From the human T2T-CHM13v2.0 reference genome, Homo sapiens, in NCBI RefSeq assembly GCF_009914755.1, contig NC_060940.1: a stretch of DNA of 64,000 bases; one strand, given 5' to 3'. Of the stretch, positions 57,024 to 64,000 are shown piece by piece. The notes beneath the pieces are model-generated. The model ran no database searches. It saw nothing but the letters and a program-made list of their open reading frames with translations, and had not been told where the DNA came from. Position numbers and translations under genes: made by a program. The stretch's first letter is position 1; each line of letters begins with the position of its first letter.

Positions 57024-58999
57024 TCACTCGCATTTTCAGCAGGGAGATGATACGATCACATTGCATGATAAAGGGTTACGTTGGCTCCTGAGTGGCCTGG
57101 AGATTAGAAAGGAACAAGGCTGGAGACAGAGACCCCACTGAGTCTCCACTCATTGACACATGTATTCAACCAACGTGTATTGAAAACCTGCAGCACACCG
57201 GGCACTGTTCTGGCCCTGAGGAGGCAGCAGTGAGAAAAACGTAGAAGTCACGTGTGTAACACACATGGAGAGGAATGAGACTGGGCGGGGGGTTACGGGG
57301 CCAGGCTGTAGTTTGTGCCCTTTCCATGTGTGCATTTTATGTCAACACAATGTCTAAAACATTTCAAGAAATTCATGTTTCATGTTCCAAATAAAAGTCT
57401 GCACCCCAGGCTATTTCCCTGAGGAGGTGGATGCGATCGATAACTCCTCCTCAAAACCCAAGCACCGCCTTCCCACCCAACCCCCTGCAGGGGCTGGGAG
57501 GGCACAGAGGGCTCCAAGCTTGGGGGACAGAGGCGCATGGGCAGCAGCCCCCAGACAAGGATCACATAGACACAGGGGCGGCTTCCCATGGGGTATGCAA
57601 GAAATGTTCTCACATTTTCAATTGTCTTGTATTTATAATACTGTGTTTTAAGAAAAAGATCCCATAACCAACACAAATAATTGTACTGTTTAGAATAAAG
57701 TTGAGTAAAAAGACAAAGAAGAGGGTGTCATGTCAATTCAAAGTTGATTCCAAGAAAATATTCACCAAAATGGTAACCAAAGGCAGTCGCAGGACACCCA
57801 GACTGTGGGGGAGAGTGCCCAGGGAGGCGAAGCCGGCAACAGCCATGCAGGTAAAAGGCAGGACTTCCCAGTACCCTTTCCTCATCTGTGGAATTAGGAG
57901 AGCAAACTCTTCTCTAGTCACCAAGGTAACCGTATGCCATCAGCACGTCTGTGACTTTCTGTTGTCCAGACAAAGCCATTTTCAAAACTCACCCCACAGG
58001 GGCACTGGCACCTCTCAGATGGCAAGAAAAATACCAGGGAGGAAAAACAAAATCCGACGATTCAGGCTGCCCCGGGCAGTGGTTCTCTGGCAAGCAGACA
58101 AACGCAGGAGGCTTGAGTAACTGGCATCACAGTACCTGGTGCCCGAGGGAGGGTGGTGGCCGTAACAGAGCACTGCACCCTCACGGTCACCCGGGCCCTG
58201 AGACTGCCTTAGGAAGCCCTGATGGGCTGTGCGTGACGCTGGGCTGTACACTGTTCCCTTGCTTTGGCCCCAGCCTGGGCCCCATGCCCACGGATGGTAC
58301 GGATGTCATCAACTTACAGTGTTTATTTTTGGCTTTTTCCATTGCACTTAGAGCCAGCTATCAAGCCAGACACATTTTGCTTTTTTTAACTTAGCCTGGC
58401 TTATGAGTCCAATGTTGAACCAGGATCTGAGGGGAGGGCGCGTATCTGCATTGACACAGAAGTCCCAATTGTGTCTCTTGGATGGCAAAATAAAAACAGT
58501 TTGCAAAAAACAGGGAAAGAACACAGGCAGAGCAGATGTGGCTCCCGCAGGGGAGGCTCTGGCGGTGGGCTGGCTGAGCCCGTGTCTGCATGAGATGGGA
58601 TGACATCGGCACCACTGGCAGAGCCTGGACTAGCTGTCCTTCCTTCCCACCAATGTGCGTGACAGGCCGCTGAGCCTCCCGGTGTGCAGGAGCTGAGACT
58701 TGCAGCCTACTGAATGCACATGCTACTTCCTCACCAGCCCCAGACCTTGATGGACAGTCATTGCCTTGTTACTTTGATCAGCCACATTGCCGTATATTCA
58801 TCCGACAAGGTCTGCTACACCCCTTCGGGGCAGGTACTGTGCTCAGTTCTGGGGACCTAACAGAGAACTTGATGGACTCACCCCTGTCCTCATGGAGCTT
58901 CCAGACTAGGGAAAAGAGAAGAAGATGTGAGCCACTGAAGGTCTCAGAGTGAGAATGGCCTTGTTGCGTCACTCAGCTCCTGGCTTCTTCCTACCTCTG

Positions 59000-59950
59000 T
59001 AACTCCCCCCATGGGGTCACGTTTCCAATCCTTAAATATGAAGGTTTCCTGGGGCTTGGTCCCTGGTCCTCTTCTTCCTCCTTGTACTATTTCAGGCCTA
59101 CCCCACAGCTCCCAGACATTCACCTGGTGTCTGAGCTGATCATTTCCAGGTCCAGAGCTCAGGTCTCTGGCCTAACCTCCTAGCAGGCATCTCCACTGGC
59201 ATCCATCCCACCCACACATCCACTGCCTGGTTCTGTGCACCCAATGCTGCAGACTTGCCCAGGTGGGTCCACTTCTTCCACCTGCAAATCCACAGCCACC
59301 CAGCCCAGGCTGTTAGCACCTCCGGCCTGGACCTCCCTGGAGCATTGTGTTGGCCTCCTTCCTGTCTTCTTGTTCCCCTGCCTTGTCCACCTGCACGTTA
59401 CCCTTAGCCCAGTAATCACAGTGGCCCTTGTAAATCCTGAGTAGAAGAGGCCCTCCCTCTGCTGAGAACCCCGCCACAGCCCCTTGTCCCTCAGAGTCAA
59501 CGCTAAAGTCTTTACAGGCTCCCAGGGCTCTCTGCTCTCCCCACTCCCCCTTTCCCTTTGAACTCCCTCATTTCCACTGCTCCCACTCACCATGTCACAG
59601 CCAGGCTCATCTCCTATTCCTCCATAAGCAACCTGCCTCAAGACCCTTGCTCTTTCTGCTCCCTCTCCTGGCATGCTCTTCCCCTGATATCTCTATGGCT
59701 CCCATCTTCCCTTCCATACGCTTTTACTTCTACAATGCCGCCCTCTCTGCAGCCTTCAGTGACTTCTCTATTTACAATGCAGACCCCACACCCATCCCCC
59801 CTACACCTATTTTCTCCCCATGTGTTCATGTCTGTGCACTTTACTTACTGATTTTATTGTCTGAGTCCTCCCTCCAGAACATAAGCCCCTGAGGGCAGGA
59901 GTCTGTGCAGTTTTGTCCCCTGCTGTGAATAGACACATTTAATCACCCAT
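59000..59950 (+). mobile_element. L2 fragment
   Basis: Pyrimidine-rich; cctggacc...ggcctcct; taagcccctgagggcagg. Confidence 0.65.
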
Positions 59951-60847
59951 TCCACTGTGGTGTGCGTTTCAGTTGCTTTCAGCTGGGGTTCCTACGGGTA
60001 GTGCTGCTACGTGCACCCCAATCCTTAATTGCAGGAATGGATATCCTTCAAACTGACGGCTTAGACACAGGTTTACCGCAATGTGGGTGTGGTCTCAACC
60101 TCTCCTCCACCCGGGCAGGTCCTGCTCGCCCAGTTGCCATTTTTGTTAGCTAGCAGAAATGGCCATTCTTTCAAATGACATGGATTGCCAAAAATAATAA
60201 CGCAGCCAATCTAAGGGGCAATTTTAAAATCCCCATGCCAACACTTCTCAATCCAAACTCAGGGTGATCCCCTTTGGATGGTGGAAAGGGGACTGCGCCC
60301 TTGAGGGCACTTTTCCCAGGCCACTGCCCCCCAGGTCCAGCCACTCGTAGTGGCCGCTGCCCACAGCTGGCAATGGTAATGGCATCTGGAGACAGGGCGG
60401 CCGACACCCTCTGACCTTTGTGTGAGGGTGAGGTGGGCGGAGGGGGTGAGGAAGGGACCAGGGCTGGCCCAGCTTCGGGACACCCGCGGCCCCTCCCTGG
60501 AAGGAGGGGCTTCCCAGAAGCCCTCCCAGGGAGAACCCATCACACGGAGGTCACGCTCCAGACCTCGGAGCAGCTTCTGCTGCTCTCCTTTGTTTAGTTT
60601 TATGTTTTATTTTTAATTTGAGCCACATTTTTCTAAAAATGGGAGATGTCGCCAACCATTTCAAACTTCTGGCTTCTCTTGAAATGCAGGAAGATATGGC
60701 CAACCCAGGCCAGCATTCGGCTGTGGCCACAATGGGCTGTAGCCGACTATTGGGCTCTCTACTGAAGCGGGGGTAAATTACAAACATGAAATTATTTTAT
60801 GCTGGCATCATGACCTGTGTGCATGTGAATTCGCTTCTAGGTATTGA

Positions 60848-60975
60848 GAAGAGAGATGGGAAAGAAAGAGGAAGACAAAGAGAGCTAAGACAGAGAGACA
60901 GAGAGAGACACGGAGAGGGAAAGGAAGAGAGGGGGTGAGACAGAGAGAAGGTAAGGCAGAGAGGTAGAGGGGAAA
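60848..60975. repeat. GA-rich low-complexity tract
   Basis: gagagacagagagagac... Confidence 0.8.
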
Positions 60976-61962
60976 ATGATTCTAAAAGCCTGGGGGCTTT
61001 GCCCTCTGCTTCACCCAGTGGACTTAACGCCTGGAGATGAAACTGGAGATCCGTCCTTTCCCATGTCCCGCGGCCACCCAGAAAGCACAGCCTGCAGCCC
61101 TGAAGGCAAATGTGAGTTCCCGGTCAGTCTGCAGACGGATCCTTACTGTGCACTGTAAGGCTCTGTGGAAGCCGCTGCTTTTGCTTGTTCAACAGCAGAA
61201 GCAGCGTGATTTATAGATGATTTAACTGTTCTTTCGAGGATTATTTTTTCTATGCAGTTCTTAATTGGGGGCTTACGTGCTGACATTAGAACTTAATTCC
61301 CATTGAAGTGGCAACTCGGTTAAATGATATCAAATGTCTTTTTAGCTGAGCTGCATCCAACCCCCGGTCCTGACCCCTGGGGGGATGTCTCCTCCAGGTA
61401 GCACTGGCTGAAACCTGCAGTGTGCCCACCTCTCCCAAGAGTGGCATGAGCAGGGGCCACGCAGCTCCTTCCTCACAGGTTCCAGGACCCAGGCTGAGAG
61501 GAGCTGAGGGGCCCAACATCCCAAGGAGACCAGCGCCAGCCCAGCCAGCCTGTCCCCACCCAAGTCCCCAGGAGGCCAGGCCAGCTGCCCGCGGGGAGGA
61601 GGAAAGCCATGGCACTGCAGGGGGTGAGGTCAGCCTCCCACTGCACCTGTGGGGGGCCAGGCCTTCTCCCACAGTGGGCAGGGGAGCAGCAGGCCCCCCA
61701 CGGCTGTCACTCACAGCCAAATGCGTCCAGCAAACAAAATATCACTCACTGTCCCCTGACAAGAACAAATAAACATCCAGGGGGAGGTAGGAATAAGAGC
61801 GGGGCTGACAGCTTTACCTTAAGGGCCCGTGTGGCTGCTCGGCAAACCCCAAAGTCCTGCAAGTGCTCCCAGCCCCTCGGGCTGGCACAGGCGTGCCCCA
61901 GACGCACCCGCATGTCCACAGACATGCACACCCACGTGTCCTCCACGCCCCGAACACACGGG

Positions 61963-62079
61963 GCGCAGGCGCAGTTTGGAACTGCGTAGAGGTGACGGCG
62001 GCGCAGGCGCAGTTTAGAACTGCGGAGAGGTGATGGCCGCGCAGGCGCAGTTTGGAACTGCGTAGAGGTGATGGCCGCA
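61963..62079. repeat. 3 x 38 bp CpG-rich tandem repeat at the head of an L1MB 3' fragment (to about 62167)
   Basis: gcgcaggcgcagtttggaactgcgtagaggtga(c/t)ggc at 61963, 62001, 62039. Confidence 0.9.
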
Positions 62080-63372
62080 CAACATGTGATGCATTCAGTG
62101 CCGCTGAGTTGTTCCCTTCTAAAATGGCTAATTTTCTGCTATGCGAATTTCATCTGAATTTTTAAAAGGCAGCAGCAACAATACACATGCACCCCATCCA
62201 CGCAAACACCGCACATCTTCACAGATACACACACACGTGTGCACCACCTAACTTCCCAGCACCAGGGAGGAGGCTCCAGTTGTGGGGGGCCTGGTTTGGG
62301 GACCTAGACCCACCTGATTTCCCAGACCCACTCCCATCGAAAGCTCAGAGATGGGTGGGGGGATACTTTCATCTTAGATCCTCCCAACCACCTGTGGTGG
62401 GTTAAGGTCTCACCTGTGTGACAGCTGAGACAAGCCAGTTTGAGCAGAGACACTTGTATTTATTGTTCCGTCGTCAAGGTCCCCGGACCCCTGTCCTACC
62501 CTCTGCACAACCCTCTAGCAAGCCTTCGATCCCCTTCTCAGGACTCATTAAGCTGCTGCCTTCTCCATTTCAGTGCCCTGGTTAGCAAGGGACATTCGCT
62601 GGACTACACTGAAAGGAATAATTCCAATAGATCACAGACAGCGCAGCTTAACAGCGACATTGTTTAAATAGATAACTTATGATCCTGTGTTTTGAAATAG
62701 AAGCTTTCTAAGTCCCGGTGGGATTTAAAGACTGGATTGCTCAGGGGCAATGCTGTCAGCTGAAGCAGGCAGGAAGGAGCAACATGGAGAGATGATTCAG
62801 TCTTGGAGCCACACGGCCACCTCGCTGATCACGCACACCTGGTGGCATTTCTCTGCCTGTTGGTGCATTTTGCGGCTGACTGTTTGAAGACATAGGATGC
62901 GGCTGTGGCCAGCATCATACACCCACCTTCTCACAATGCAGCCCACAAAGAGAAGCAGAGCCTGTGCAGACCTGGGAAAGCCAGACCAAGGTTCTTCCTC
63001 AGGCTGTTGCACAGGTTTAAGCTCAGGGGTACCCCAGCATGTGGACATGGTACAGATAAGAACCGTGAATGGCACTAGTCCAGTCAAGGATGGCCTGGAT
63101 GTTGATGATCGCCACGAAGCTACTGGACAACACGTCGCTCGTCTGCAAAGCCTGAGGCCAGTGTGGAAACCGAGGCATGGTCTCTGCTCTCCATTGAGGG
63201 CATCTGTGGGTCCACAGCTGGGCGCTGACCTCAGGACTGTCTGCTGCAGGCCATGGCTGTGCCCACCCAGGGGGTGCTGGGGCAGGTGGCCGGGTCCCAT
63301 CTGCTGAGCCGAAAGGTTAGGCCAGCGCCTAATTAAAATGACTCACGGTGAACAGGAAAAAGCACTTGGGGG

Positions 63373-63959
63373 TGATATGGTTTGGTCGTGTCCCCACCCA
63401 AATCTCATCTCAAATTGTAATCCCCATAATCCCCACGTGTGGAGGGAAGGACCTGGTGGGACGTGATTGGATCACGGGGGCGGTTTCCCCCAGGCTGTTC
63501 TCGTGATAGTGAGTGAGTTCTCCTGAGATCCGATGGTTTAAAATCCTGTGATAGTGAGTTCTCATGAGATCTGATGGTTTAAAATCTTGTGATAGTGAGT
63601 GAGTTCTCATGAGATCCGATGGTTTAAAATCTTGTGATAGTGAGTTCTCATGAGATCCGATGGTTTAAAATCTTGTTATAGTGAGTTCTCATGAGATCCA
63701 ATGGTTTAAAATCTCTGATAGTGAGTGAGTTCTCATGAGATCTGATGGTTTAAAAGTGCTTGGCAGTTTCCCCTGGGATTTTCTCTTTCCTGCCACCTTG
63801 TGAAGAAAGTCCTTGCTTCTTCTTTGCCTTCTGCCACGATTGTCAGTTTCCTGAGGCCTCCCCAGCCATGGAAACTGTGAGTCAATTAAACCTCTTTCCT
63901 TTATAAATTACCCAGTCTTGGGTAGTATCTTTATAGCAGTGTGAAAATGGACTAATACA
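63373..63959 (+). mobile_element. THE1D-like (ERVL-MaLR) solo LTR with internal tandem expansion
   Basis: tgatatggtttgg...ccaaatctcatct ... gtcaattaaacctc...gtgtgaaaatggactaataca; TSD ggggg/ggggt. Confidence 0.92.
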
Positions 63960-64000
63960 GGGGTTTGCTTCTTCCTCCCTCCTTCCCTTCTCTCCTCCCC

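Overview
Primate (most likely human) non-coding genomic DNA, either intergenic or deep intronic. Evidence: about 14 Alu SINEs, L1PA, THE1 and MLT2A LTRs, plus older mammalian MIR, L2, L1M, MLT1 and hAT/TcMar DNA-transposon fossils. I find no credible protein-coding exon, rRNA, tRNA, CRISPR array or prokaryote-type system. All long ORFs in the track are explained by simple repeats or Alus. I cannot support a novel multi-gene system here. What stands out is structural: (1) four short local duplications, one inverted and apparently templated into a DNA transposon, one with paired DR1-like motifs and a splice donor in only one copy; (2) many VNTRs and tandem duplications, some multiplying splice-donor or NRF1-like motifs; (3) two oppositely oriented phase-preserving CAT/CAC arrays with higher-order structure; (4) a Zaphod-like hAT fossil hosting nested insertions, including a possible orphan retroposed fragment; (5) several repeat-free segments that look like developmental enhancers. 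Repeat family names are from recall of consensus sequences, not a RepeatMasker run. Boundaries of old repeats are approximate.
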